The translations under genes were made by a program, and so were the position numbers. A stretch of DNA of 63,897 nt, counting the filler, from Rhabdomonas costata (taxonomy: Eukaryota), in assembly GCA_019059605.1 (NCBI GenBank). It is 41 parts of 41 records of this genome, joined end to end, with 100 filler letters (N's around TTAATTAATTAA, not from the genome) between each part and the next. Parts side by side here need not be neighbours in the genome. Positions count along the whole stretch, not along the records: positions 40,594 to 42,054 come from JAHMHO010015359.1; positions 42,155 to 43,615 come from JAHMHO010015360.1; positions 43,716 to 45,176 come from JAHMHO010015361.1; positions 45,277 to 46,737 come from JAHMHO010015362.1; positions 46,838 to 48,298 come from JAHMHO010015363.1; positions 48,399 to 49,859 come from JAHMHO010015364.1; positions 49,960 to 51,419 come from JAHMHO010015365.1; positions 51,520 to 52,980 come from JAHMHO010015366.1; 33 more parts are not named here. One strand, 5' to 3'. Positions 40,660 through 53,322 of the stretch are shown piece by piece. The notes under the pieces are model-generated. The model was not told the origin of the DNA. It worked only from the letters and a program-made list of their open reading frames with translations, and did no database searches. The stretch's first letter is position 1. Every line of letters starts with the position of its first letter.

Positions 40660-42017
40660 ACCTTAGGAAATGACACAGGTCAAAGCGACTGGGCTGGGCG
40701 GATGACCCTAAGCGGCTACCAGCACACATAACTCTTAGGAATTGCGAAGACGGCAACCTCATGCAATGCAAAGCTCCACACACTTGCGATATAAAGGGCC
40801 TTCTGTTATGTCCACGTATTTCCACCGAAGATATTCTTCGTATGCAGTATCATTTCGGTCGAGATAGTCCAGGTACTCAGCCAAAGCCTGAGGTGAAGAA
40901 AAATTCCTGGCGTCGATAATGCCTGAAAGCCAACAGGAAAGCAATGCATCCAATAAAGCGACACCGTGACCAGAGAGTGCATTCGGATGCAAGAAACAAG
41001 CGAGGACATGTACAAAGCACGACACGATGCAGGCGTACTATGTTCCAAGGGGGCAAACTCAGCGATGTCCGGTGCTCCAAAGACAACAGGAACGGCACCC
41101 GCATGCAACGCCCTGTAGTATTTCTCGGTCGCATAGCCTTTGCAAAGGCAGTTCTCAAACGCCAAGACAAACTTGTATCGACGCACATAGGCGGTCAGTG
41201 TTTTCAGAAGCAAAGTTCCCCAGGGAGAAACGTCCGGGGGCATGTCGTGGTTGTGTAAGCACTTTCCCGAGGAATCCACCCGAATATGACTAAAACGGAA
41301 AGGACAACCCGGTCAGAAAACATGAGAAAAGCGAGCGGTGGACGGAGAAATGAAGCCCATAAAAGCGACCCCCAATATGTGGCACCGCCCCCTCCCCCGA
41401 AAACAGTTCTGCCAAGGGCACATTCCTCACATTCCTTTTCATATGTATGGGTCAACCAAAAAGTATTGCGAGAGATACCGCATCAACTCAATGACAAACT
41501 GGTCTCTGCCAGAAGGTACGTCACAGTGCGATTGAAGATACAGAATGGGACCAGTTCCATTAGCCCGAAAATGATTTTTCTCCTCGGTGGACATTGGCTT
41601 CCATTCCTGTTTGTAACACGAAAGGAACAGCCACTGCGCAGCGCAACCAATTCGACAGAGTTGAAACGAAAGGGTTCAACCTGAATTTCTTCCGGAGTGG
41701 ATCTCAAAAGTATAACCAGCAAGCTTTGCGGCCAGACGTGCGACTGCCGCAATCCTGCGGTCATGTTGAACAGCTCCAGACATTCAGGAACTTGTTGTAC
41801 AATATGTCCACAGGGGGACTCATCGTTAAAAAGAATCCAGGAATGTGTTCTCGAACGAAAACGGGGCATGTCGTGCAAATCGATGTGGCAACTGTGCCAT
41901 ATCACGCCTCGTGTACTGGGGTCCAAGAGCATGTCACGGTTTTTGGTGACCTCACAGTACAGTGCTCCTTGGTTACACGAGTATGAGCCCGCCAAAAAGT
42001 CATCGTCTGGCATCCAC
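40660..42017 (-). CDS. GT10 fucosyltransferase, FUT10/FUT11-like, ~5 exons
   Basis: [70 protein letters not shown] and [21 protein letters not shown]. Confidence 0.92.
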
Positions 42018-42359
42018 TGAACTATGGTCAGTCGATTGACAGTGCGAACAAAACNNNNNNNNNNNNNNNNNNNNNNNNNNNNNNNNNNNNNNNNNNNNTT
42101 AATTAATTAANNNNNNNNNNNNNNNNNNNNNNNNNNNNNNNNNNNNNNNNNNNNTTTTGAAGTGAAGCGGACAAAAGCATCACCCCTCAATCATTTTCTT
42201 ACCTAGCGAGGACATCCCCACAGCGGCACCATTGTACAGCCAGCTTTCATATGTGTGTGCGGGGATCTTAAGGAGTACTGGGCCAAGGGGTTCCCTGGTG
42301 TATACGGCAAAACGCAGTGGAAATACTTTGTTGCGGGAACCTATTCTGGCAGGAAAACG

Positions 42360-42399
<40 letters not shown>

Positions 42400-42403
<4 letters not shown>

Positions 42404-43493
42404 AAGCAGCTCCGCACCGACACGCCGCTAAAAGTGATCTCCTCCGCCCCAGCAAGGGCGTTCCACAGCAGCTTCACTTCACTGCCGCGGCCTTCCTGAC
42501 CGCCTTCGCTGGAAGCAATCGAGCTTCCCGGGAACATGGCTCCGAGGCGACCCCGGAGCCTCAGCAATCGCCCGCGAGTGTTGTGAAGGACCTGCACGAC
42601 CACCTCCGTAGAAGACACAGGCTCAACAAGCTCACCTGCAAAATTACCAGACGCAAAGCTCCTTTTGCAGCAGCACGTCCTGCGTACACACTGCATGCTG
42701 AAAACACCACGGGGGGGGGGGTGGCTAAAGCTCCCCACTACAAAAGGAAACAAGTGAAAATGAGAGTAAGGGACGAACTGGCGCTTGAGCGCTGCGAGGG
42801 TGGGCACCAGAAACTACTACTAGATGAGAGCAGATGAAGAAGATAAGAAAGGTGCCGCAGCCCAACTTTTCAACGATGTTGCAGCAGAGGTGGGGTTGTG
42901 GGTGATAAAAGTGAGTAGTAGTACTAGTACTAGAAGATGTAGAACGCTGCCCTCGTGTCAACCATCAGTCGCAGGCGAAGCAACCTTATACATCCGTTAC
43001 AGATGACAACGAGAAAAAAGGTCAAAAAAGACCTGAACGAAAAAAACGATCCAAGATCAGGAGAGACACACAGGCATTTTCCCGTTTTCCTTCCATGACA
43101 AACCCTACACTACACTACTTTCTCATCTGGCTTCGTTTCGTTTAGGCAAAAAAAAACAATGGGGATCAACTCAAAAAAATGAAACCTCGTGGACACAGAG
43201 GGAGGGAAGGGGGTCATGCCTGTCGAGGGGGCCCCACCCACGCTGAGTTGCACTGTCATCTTCAGAAACTCCACGGAATAAAAACCCCAACGAAGCGACA
43301 AAAGCAGCTCGGGCGCCGGCGGTGGCAAGTGCATTCCCTGCCGGCTCCGCAGCTCCTGAGCCGCCAGGGAATCCAGCCAGGTGCACCGGCCCGCCACCAG
43401 CACCCGCACTACCTCCCCAGAGTGGAGGAACCTCAGGATAACACCCCACAAATCCTCCGGTAGGGACAGAAATCCAAAGCCACTGGCGGACAT
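42400..43493 (-). CDS. F-box-like protein, first exon (ATG 43493) and downstream exon(s)
   Basis: N-terminal FLSLPEDLWGVILRFL matches the F-box motif. Confidence 0.6.
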
Positions 43494-43775
43494 TGTGTCC
43501 CCAACCGCTGTAAGAAAAAAAAAAAGCAAAGAATATAGACAAAGCTAACTTCTAGGAAGGAGGGATTAGAAAAGGCAGACACCGCTGTACAATAAGCAGA
43601 GGAAAAACACAAAACNNNNNNNNNNNNNNNNNNNNNNNNNNNNNNNNNNNNNNNNNNNNTTAATTAATTAANNNNNNNNNNNNNNNNNNNNNNNNNNNNN
43701 NNNNNNNNNNNNNNNGGGGGTGGGGGGATGTGAACCCGGCACTGGCCCTCATCCCCGGTATATTCCTGCGAACAG

Positions 43776-43949
43776 GTGGACGTTGAGGAAGCCCCAGAGG
43801 TTGCGGACAAGCTGGGGCCGTGCCCGGCGATCCCCCTTTTTCAGCTCTGGTACCGTGGGGAGCTTCGCAAGCACTTCACGGGGGCCCGGAAGGACAAGCT
43901 TCTGGAGATGCTGGCTGAGTTTGCAGCGAATTCCTCTCAGAGCCTTTAG
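43776..43949 (+). CDS. Thioredoxin-fold protein, terminal exon (absent from the ORF track)
   Basis: After a CAG acceptor: VDVEEAPEVADKLGPCPAIPLFQLWYRGELRKHFTGARKDKLLEML...TAG, the C-terminal half of a thioredoxin. Confidence 0.85.
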   Translation: MDVEEAPEVADKLGPCPAIPLFQLWYRGELRKHFTGARKDKLLEMLAEFAANSSQSL

Positions 43950-46634
43950 GAACACCGTTCCGTACATGCTCTTGGGACATTTTCTCTACAGAAGGCCTTC
44001 TTGTTGAGTTAGAAACTGTGATGGGTGCTCCCGAATCCCTTTTTGCTGTGTCACGTTTTCCTCTGTGTTACTTAATCTGCTTGTGCACCTGTTGTGCATT
44101 CATTTTGAAAAATACCAGGGGCGTTCTGTGGTTTTGACGGACATAAAGAGATGAAGATTTTTTTGGACTGGTGGTAGAGTCCCTGGACCTGAGCGGTGAT
44201 CTGCCAACCCCGTCGTCGGTCGTCCTTCATTTATATGTTAGCGTCTCTGTGTGTATGTTGCTCCTGTGGGTGGCCGTATACAGTGAGTTCGCTGGATGAA
44301 CCTGGCGGGGTTCCCCAAGAGCAGACCCGCTGAGCAGCTGAGCATTGCGCATGGCAAATTGGCATCACCCCAACATCACCACCCCATCTGCAGACCAACT
44401 TCAAAAGGAAATAAGTGAACGTCAAATTCAACACATAAGCGTAGGGCTACCAATAGTTACACCCCGAATTCGAGAACTTAGTCCGTAACGTTTCGAACTG
44501 AGTCTTTTTGGCGTGTTTTTATGCCGCTGGTCTTGGGTAGCATATGCTGTCTCTTGATGAATACGCAAGGTTGTACCTCTCGATTTTTACGGTGTTGCCT
44601 GGTATAGTTAGTTTCTTGTTTGCAAAGCGGCAGTAAGTGCGTGCGGCGAGGACTTCTGTCATGTCTTGTGCATTTCCAGTCTGGTTTCTGATGTCCGTTG
44701 TTGTGTCTTGCTCAAGACTCGCACCTTGTCTTCACTGAAAGGGATGAGTGGGCCCGGCTCCAAAGCAGGGAACGGGGGCTCTGTCGGTGGCGTTCCAACG
44801 GCCTGGCTGCTGGACCGCAAGGACAGGCTTCTGCGTCAGCTGGTCACTGCGAAGCCATCACATTACACTGAAGCAACGGGTATCCCTTTGCTACGGTTGC
44901 TGAAGGGGTGATTCCGTCCTTTCAGTTCACCTGCTTTTTGTCCCCTCTCGAGCCCACCACTGTCTGTTTTCCGGAGGAAACGGGAAAGGGAGTATGCTGG
45001 TGATTGGGCCTCAGTTTGACTCCTCATTTTCCTAGCAACCATTCTTGCAGGTCACGAATTCCCGTGAACTTTACAAGCGTATAATCACATGAAATATTCC
45101 GAAAAAGCACATCGCATAACGAGGACATTCGAAAGTTAATCTTTTCACCTGTAAACGCATAAGAACACACCACACCNNNNNNNNNNNNNNNNNNNNNNNN
45201 NNNNNNNNNNNNNNNNNNNNTTAATTAATTAANNNNNNNNNNNNNNNNNNNNNNNNNNNNNNNNNNNNNNNNNNNNCCGCTTTCTTAGCTTATCCACCTG
45301 GTTAGTTAATCACCTTGGCTTACCCACCTTTTCTTTTTCTTTCTCTCTTCTCTCTTTTCGACTTTACGAACTGCTTCTGGCACATCCACTGCTGGATTCA
45401 CATTAAAGGCTTGACCAGTTTAGAGCTGCGCCAGGCACTATATCCGGGATCAGGGTGTCCGCCGGTCGGTCTACTCCCCAGCATAAGCTGATGGCGGGGA
45501 TGTGACACGCTTGGCTGAGAATCCGTCCATGTCCTCAACGTCGCAAACCACACGGCCTCAATGATTTCCCAAGGAACACCCCTTAATAGATTTTGAAACT
45601 TCGTAGTGAACATATATTTTATTTGTCCTGCTGGGGTACTGGGAGGAACCCCTGCAGTTTTTTGGTAGCTGTGATGAGCTCAGTTCAATAAAATGAGATC
45701 CTGTTTCTCCACCAAAACGTGCTTGTTGGACAAGGAATGGTCTTGGGGCATTTCCAGCACTGAACCGTAAAGCTGGGATCTCCATCGATTCACAGGGTTT
45801 TTTGTAAAAAGTATTTTAGGAAACCAAAAAAAATGAATTTGTACGAATTTATACGGTCCATACTTTTGGGCGAAAAAATACCAATTCAATGTTATCTGTG
45901 TGTACGGTACCTTATGAGGGTTTATCGGTGAGGCAATGGGCATATGCCTGTATCTGTACTTTCTGCATCTCATTATCAGCCAAACTTCCGACGGTCGGTC
46001 AAGCCTTTGCTTCGACGAGGCAGTGGGCATGCCATCCCTCCGCACAGCTCCGTCCATGTGCCACCCGCTTAGTAGGGGGCTCATTGGCTCCACGCGGTTT
46101 TCCCTCTTTTTCTCTTTTACTCTGTACTTCTAATTTCCTTCGGAGCTCTTTTCTCTCTCCTCTCTCTCCCCGTCTGCGGCTTTCTCATCGGCGAAGTGTT
46201 CCCCTTGCTGGATTAAGGCTTGCGTACGTACAGAGCCACCGCACTTCTGCGAGGCTTTCCCTGTGGTGCCGCTTGGTGACTAGTTTGGCTTGTTTGACTT
46301 GTATGTTTCAAGAAGGTTCAGACGAGATGAGCGGTGGACTGGGGCTGGTCGGGGGTCGGGCGTACCGATGCACCGTAACCGCGGAGGCGACAGATCGCGT
46401 TCTTTTTCATCCCTTGGTAAGTATCCTCCCGTCACCTCCCGTCTTGTTTGCTGAAACTGTCAGTAGTTAATACTTCTGCGGTGCAATGCGGTAACTTCTA
46501 GTGAAAATTCCACCTTATTTCGTACCTACAATATCCTGTGGCCCCGAATATTATTTTTAAAACCTCTCTCTCAAGTCTCAGGTGCAGCAAATGGCCCACT
46601 CAACACTGTGTTGAGCTGTCGTAGCTGATGCTGA

Positions 46635-46727
46635 AGTAGAAGTAGGCCATCCCGCGGGCATTGATGACCAGTCGGAAAAGCGCTACGATGGCCAGGGCGG
46701 TGCCCCGCGGGATGGCCTACTTCTACT
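46635..46727. repeat. 24-bp perfect inverted repeat with a 45-nt spacer at a contig end
   Basis: 46635-46658 is the reverse complement of 46704-46727. Confidence 0.9.
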
Positions 46728-46837
46728 CCAACACCACNNNNNNNNNNNNNNNNNNNNNNNNNNNNNNNNNNNNNNNNNNNNTTAATTAATTAANNNNNNN
46801 NNNNNNNNNNNNNNNNNNNNNNNNNNNNNNNNNNNNN

Positions 46838-48298
46838 GGTGGGGGGTGCGGTCGCTCACGGAGCCGCCGTTGCAATGGGGCTTTGTGTCTCCTGCGGAGG
46901 TGGCGGAGGTCCTGGCCGCTCCCCCGCTGAACCGCCGGTGCCTGGCCGTGGCCACGGACCCCGAGGAGGTGGTTTCCTGGCTGGCACGCCATGGCCTGGC
47001 CGAGCACGAGGTGCTTTCAGGGTGCGAGCAGGCCTACCGCGTGGTCAGCGGTAGCTTTGCGGACCTCTCAGCGGAGCTGCCAAGGTACGGTGTGCTTCCT
47101 ATTATTGCCCCCACTCTCACCCCCGTTCTCTCTTGTGCACGTGTCGTGCTTTGCTATTAGGCGTTAAGCTGTTCAAATAAGAGCATCTGTAGCCATGGCT
47201 TCGGCTCATCCTCTTCTTCTTCTTCTCCCTTTCTTGATCGCAACCTCTGGACAACTGCGGTCTTGGGGCTTTGTACGGTATGCGGAATACGGGCCCACTG
47301 TAAGGCCCATGGACATAGGAAAGACCCCGGGCCTGCTTGGCTTTGCCCTCATCCGAAAAATATATTACTGGTATAACATTGGCCAGTGCGGTATAACGAT
47401 GTTACATGTCTTACATCCCTTTCCATCCCTCTGCCAACGTATCCCCGGTGTCTCTGGGGTTTGGAGGCAACACTTTGGAGGGCACCGATACCCACTCTCC
47501 ACTGTACGCCGTTTGCTCTGTGCAGTAAGGGATGATCTATATTGGCCGAGCATGCTTCCCTTGGGACTTGGGGGAAACGCAAGTTAAAGTTGCTTCTGGG
47601 CGCAACAAGAAAGATATTTTGCTGGTGTGCACTCTGCAAAAGAAAATATATATGTAGCTGCGATGGGCTGCACTGGGAAAGGAACCGGCAGGAGATGAGC
47701 CTCCGAGAGGCATGGGTAAGTACCGGCCTGAGAGAAAGGACCCGCCAAGCAGCGTTTTGGAAGGCTCACTGAACACAGAAAAGACCCCGGTGCCTGCTTC
47801 TGTTCATATTTGAGTTGCTATCACGTTAAAACAAAACAAGTGTATGATTCGTTTTATCGTAACGCAGCACCATTATCTCCATATTTGGGTTTTGGTGCCT
47901 GCAACACATATCATACAATGAAACTGAATGATCTTTTCTATCTGCAGGGGAGTATTCACCTTTCCGATGGCCCACTTCCTGCTGGACGTCCGGCAGGCCT
48001 ACTCCTCGCTTGGTTTACACCCCCACCTTACCGTGGGCTCTGTGCAGCCCCGCTTTCACGCCGTCCGCGTGGAGACCGGGTGCGTGGACACCGTGAAGGA
48101 TCGCACCGTCTTTGGAGTGAGCCGGAAGGAGATGTGGTACCACCTGACCTCTGGGCTGGTGGGCCCGGAGGCGGACCTTGCCTCAGAGATGGCCGGGGAC
48201 TCACCCCGGAGGCTGGCCCTGGACGTTGTGTTTGACTGTGAGGAGAGGTTCGAGCTTCGCCCTGCGGGCTCGCGGGTGGGCTCGAACCTCTCCTCACA
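46838..48298 (+). CDS. Multi-exon unknown protein (exons ~46838-47084, ~47948-48298 and short internal exons)
   Basis: GC-rich open frames with splice boundaries and coding-like composition. No family recognised. Confidence 0.55.
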
Positions 48299-49429
48299 NN
48301 NNNNNNNNNNNNNNNNNNNNNNNNNNNNNNNNNNNNNNNNNNTTAATTAATTAANNNNNNNNNNNNNNNNNNNNNNNNNNNNNNNNNNNNNNNNNNNNTG
48401 TTTGTGGCGAGCCTCTGTAAACTGAGATTTTTTGCTAAGGTGAATCTCGTCATCAAGAAAATATAGTTGGTGGACACCACAATGCAAACGGATATTTCAT
48501 TTGGTGTTCTAAGTACTGAACATATAAGCCTTACATTGCAGTTCACATTCAGATTGATGAATCGCCAAATAATATGCTGAAAGCAGATATTGTGAATTTA
48601 GTTCATACAAAAACCCCACAGGAGCACATGCTTTTGGTTCTAAAACACCAGATGCTATTTTCACTCAACTTATACAGTTGTTGTGACATAGTCATTTTCC
48701 TTGAGGTGATACTTCCAACGTGATCCATATACAGTAAAAATCATTTCTTCTTTTAGCCGCTAATTTTCTTCTGAGGCACTTATAGTTATTCACATGATTA
48801 AATGCGTATTAATGCCAGAGGAAGAAATGTGCATGGTTCCAGTGGTTCCAGAATAGAATGGAGTGCCAGAATAGAAGACATGCTGAAGTTTACCACAAAT
48901 ATGCGAAGCATATGACCGATTTATATAAACCTGCTATGCAGTGTAACGTGTATAGCTATTTTGTCCAAATGAAAATACCAGTTTAGCAACGTTTTGCTGC
49001 AAGATTGTGGTGTACAAGCTGATCTCAGTTTTCTTAAGAAAAATTAAAACAAATAATTTTACGGGCACATACCTGAAAAAAAACAAGCACACAATCAAAC
49101 AAACACGCTGTATGACATCAAGTTCTATATATAGAAGCCGACAATTGATCTTCCAAGTTGCACTTAGACACATCCTCAGCACGTTATAGGCCGCAGTGGT
49201 GTTGGTAACGTCCCCTGTAGAGCGTTTGAGTTGATTATCAACATTGGACGCAATAATTTTTATGTAATACATACGGCACACTTTGTGCGCATTGCCTGAT
49301 GAAACGTTGAAACATACAGCAGCCTATTTGACAGCAGTAACGCCACTGTCTAGGTACAAGTGGAGCGTGACGCTCACATTCATGACAAAGTACTTGTCCC
49401 AATCATTATATCCAATGCCTTCGCTAATT

Positions 49430-49620
49430 CTTCCAGTGACATATGTGGTGACGTCAAACTTTGCTTTGCTGGACTCTGGAGCTGCGGAAGCATGCATCGG
49501 TGCTGATTTTGTTCTTAAAGCAAGCTACTTACCTGCAAAATTGTTCCGGTTACAGCCGAACATTCAAGTTGAGAGTGCAAATTGGAACATTCTTACACTG
49601 ACGCTATGTTTTTTATGCAG
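49430..49620 (+). mobile_element. Degenerate LTR-retroelement aspartic protease remnant
   Basis: FALLDSGAAEACIGADFV..IQVESAN matches the retropepsin LLDSGA..FI..V..ANG pattern. The contig is AT-rich and full of stops. Confidence 0.6.
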
Positions 49621-49959
49621 TGGGAAATATGCGAGTTGCAGGTGGTTATTTTCCTGCATTTGATTGGTACTCATATTTGCATTGTGTTGGACTATCATTA
49701 CATCCGTCAATTCGCTCATTTGAATAACTGGGTGGAGATGACAATGCAAATCAGTATGCGGAAGAATCTCACAAGCGTTCAATCAAAAGCAATTTTAATG
49801 TAATTACAATCACTCCTTCCATCCAATATTTACTGGTAAGATGAGCAGAACAAAAACCCNNNNNNNNNNNNNNNNNNNNNNNNNNNNNNNNNNNNNNNNN
49901 NNNTTAATTAATTAANNNNNNNNNNNNNNNNNNNNNNNNNNNNNNNNNNNNNNNNNNNN

Positions 49960-51079
49960 GTGTGGGCTTGGCACGCCGAGTCAACCAAGGCGGCGCTTAT
50001 TCCAAAGTCTGCGAGAGAACAACAACGTGTTTGCACAAGTCCGTGGCAGTGACTGGGTGAAATCCAGGCTGGTGGGTCAAAATCTTTCATCTTGGAACAA
50101 GAGAATCAAGCAGAGGGCAAAGCCGAAACAGGACCCGGGTCTTTGCTTTGAACAGTGGGCCTCCCGAAACGCTACGTGCCCCTTGCCTTTGTTTTTTGTG
50201 CCGCTTTTTTTTCCCTCAGCGCCCCGTTTCTTCTTTGAACGAATCACATCAACATGGAGATGGTGGTGGGCAGGCAATAGAAACCAAGTAATTAAATTCC
50301 AAAAATACCATCAAAAAACGATGTACCGCAATCCAGCAAGAGAGAGAGAAGAGAGCAAGCACGAAACAGCAACCACGAAAACCTGGAAGTGGTTGCACAC
50401 ACAGCGCACATACCAGTAATCTTAATGCTTCCGTCCCGTGAGAACAGCAAATTGCTGGGTTTCACATCACTGAGAAAGGACGGAGGGAGGACGAAATCAC
50501 CAAAATTCAATCATGCATCAATCCCGAATCCCTTTTCATTTTGGACAAATTTTCGCTCAAAACACTGGTAACCTCCTCAAAAGAAAACACGGCACTGAGG
50601 CACGGGCACAGGAGTTCTTGAAGTGCCTGGGTTGGAGCACCAAAAAAAAACACTTAAAGAAGGAACTGAGAGCAACACCAAAAACGCCCCCTTTTCAGGT
50701 GTCAACACTTGCGTTCGTTGCAATTCAAATTCGTGTTTCCTGGTGCCAAAAATTTGACTCCAAAGTGCCAAATTCTTGACAGCAGAGCGCCAAATTGGTG
50801 AACGCTGACATTAAATTCAAACTTGTTCTGACGAGGGTAAACATTGGTTACAGGATGAAACGCTCACCCCCTTGTCAGTTTTCATCTCTGGTAAACTGAA
50901 GGAAGGAGAACCAAAGGTACCCACGCAGGCAAACAGAAACACAAACCGGTGAACCACATGGCGAGTCTTGTGAAGATAGACCAAGGCTTTGAGGACTTGC
51001 TTGGTGATTCCCCGGAGGACGGTCTCCGGGATCTTCTGCATTGCACTCAAACAGTCGTGAAGGGATCCGTCCATCCGCT
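49960..51079 (-). CDS. MAP kinase kinase (STE7/MEK family), exons 50947-51079, 50414-50469, 49960-50008
   Basis: ERMDGSL..KIPETVLRGITKQVLKALVYLHKTRHVVHR|DVKPSNLL..IKIT|DFGISAALVDS. Confidence 0.92.
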
Positions 51080-52630
51080 CTGCCAATACGAAAAGAGCAG
51101 CACAGAAAGCCGAAAGCCGAGGCAGTGTTTCGGAAAATGGTGGTGGCAAAAATGAACGGTATGAACGGTGCACTCATTTCCGAAACATGAGAGAGCATAA
51201 CTTAAACTCTTTCTCGTGTTATTCGCTGTATGCCCTTTTGTTTAATTTCAACCATTATTGCAACCGGTAAGCGCAGCTTATGCTCTTGCACACACTTGGC
51301 TGCCTTCGCGAAAGAGTTCCCAAGACCGGGTAAAAAGCACCAGAAGGTCCCTCTGGAAAAAGCACTAATACGTAAAAACACTACCGCTCGTGGTTGTAAA
51401 AAGGTTTAGAGAACAACACNNNNNNNNNNNNNNNNNNNNNNNNNNNNNNNNNNNNNNNNNNNNTTAATTAATTAANNNNNNNNNNNNNNNNNNNNNNNNN
51501 NNNNNNNNNNNNNNNNNNNGTGTTGGGTGTGGGTGGGTTGTTGGGGCCAGTTTTTGGCAGACGAGAACTCTCTGCTCTGAGAGTTCATTTCTGAAAGAGG
51601 TTTCCACTTTCTTTGACGTGTGAAGACAACACGTTTCAATTAAACACCGAGCCCAAGTTTTTCTTGGCGGCCGCCATTGTTAACAGAGGGTAAATAGATC
51701 GAGGAACGTGGTGGTGAAAAGATGAAATCATGTCTACCCAGGAGGCGGGAAAAAGCAGTATACCTGACCCCATTTTGCTAAAAGAAAACATTTGGAAGCA
51801 GCTGACCTAGCTTAACCAACTCCCGTGTCCTAAAATAGCATCGTCAAAAATGATCGGGTTAACGTCCTCCCTCCCCTCCTCGAAAGACAATTGTCCCAAA
51901 GGCTGTGAGTTCAGCCCAGCTGATGTTAAGCTGCAGTTTAAGAACTAAGTTGTAAGTGATCCTACATCCACACCCATACACCCAAGGCTTCCAAAATATG
52001 AATAAAGCAAGGTGGTGCAAGGGCCAAAACAAAAAGTTACAACAAGTAACAAACAATGTCCATTGTCCGAGAAGGCACGCAAGAACGCAATGACGGAAAC
52101 CGAACGAAATATTGCGGGGAGAAGGGCTGAAGCATGAGAAGAGCGAAGCAGAAGGAAGAGTGGTTGCCAACGACACGAGAAGGAACCAGCCTGAAATGCA
52201 CTGAAGCAAATGTAATCACCCCTGAACACAGAACGAGCACATTTTCACGCAGGGCAACGTCACCACTGCAGCTCACAAACGACCTGATGACTTCCCGATC
52301 TCCCGTGCTGTTAGCAAGGGCAAAGACCTCCAAGGAAGGTAACTGCCAAAAACGGTCATCAGGGAAACCCGAGTCCAGAGTCTAGAGTGTGCAGCGTCCA
52401 ACAGCAACAGTACGGCAGAAAGCAAATCAAAAGAACGAGGACAAAAAGAAAAAAAAGGTGAACTGCTACCGTGGAACATGACCCTGCGATACGTGAGCAT
52501 TACAAAAGGTGCGCTTTGAGGAGCAGAAAGTGAAAGCACTTTCGAAGAGGAGAAGGGGGTAGAAGCGTGCAAAAAGGGCGGATGTTGAGAGGCGTTTGTT
52601 TTTCTATTAGTGTGCTCGTGCGTATCGCCA

Positions 52631-52860
52631 TTACCACAGCCCAGGAACCAGCCTGAACTTTACCGACCTGGCATACTCGTCATACCCTGCCAGCTCCTGG
52701 TGCAGCGTGCCGTCCTCCCACACCGTGCGTACCAGCAGGATGGGCACAGAGCCCAGCACGGCGGGGAGAGCGCCCAGCCAGGAGCCCAGTGCCACGGGAA
52801 GGGCCACGAGCAGTACACAGCCCGCGGTGTAGCCCGGGTGCCGAACAGCCCGGGAAGGTT
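52631..52860 (-). CDS. ICMT/PEMT-family membrane methyltransferase, C-terminal part
   Basis: VRHPGY...LGSW...VRTVWEDGTLHQELAGYDEYARSVKFRLVPGLW followed by a stop. Confidence 0.88.
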
Positions 52861-53166
52861 CCCCAGCGTGCTCTCCCGTTTTTGGACGTAAGCGCGTTAG
52901 CACAACTCGCCGCTTTTGCAGCGTACTACACGCAGCACAACGGTTTCCGCTGCTTACGCCTCGTGGTCACACCCACAACANNNNNNNNNNNNNNNNNNNN
53001 NNNNNNNNNNNNNNNNNNNNNNNNTTAATTAATTAANNNNNNNNNNNNNNNNNNNNNNNNNNNNNNNNNNNNNNNNNNNNTGGTTTGGGGGGGGTGTTGA
53101 GTGAGTGGGTGGGTGGATGAGTGAGTCCTGTGTGCGTGGAAAGATACGAAGGAGTAAGAGAGAGAC

Positions 53167-53322
53167 CTCATCAAAAGAAGGGAAGTAGGGTAGCCCATAG
53201 AAATTCGCCCACATCTGCAGCTGCGGGTCGGGGTGCTCCCGGGCCCCGGCCTCCCCGTAGCCCCGCTGTGCCGTGCAGTACCGCGAGACTACCATGTGGA
53301 GGTGCTCCATCAGGGGAGGTTG
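53167..53322 (-). CDS. Internal exon of an unknown protein
   Basis: CAG/GT-bounded GC-rich open frame QPPLMEHLHMVVSRY...FPSFDE. Confidence 0.45.

Noticed and set aside
40680..40790. Premature stop at the end of the fucosyltransferase
   Set aside because: A phase-1 intron restores [18 protein letters not shown].
42361..42392. GA and GT/CA microsatellites here and in many introns
   Set aside because: Ordinary intronic simple repeats.
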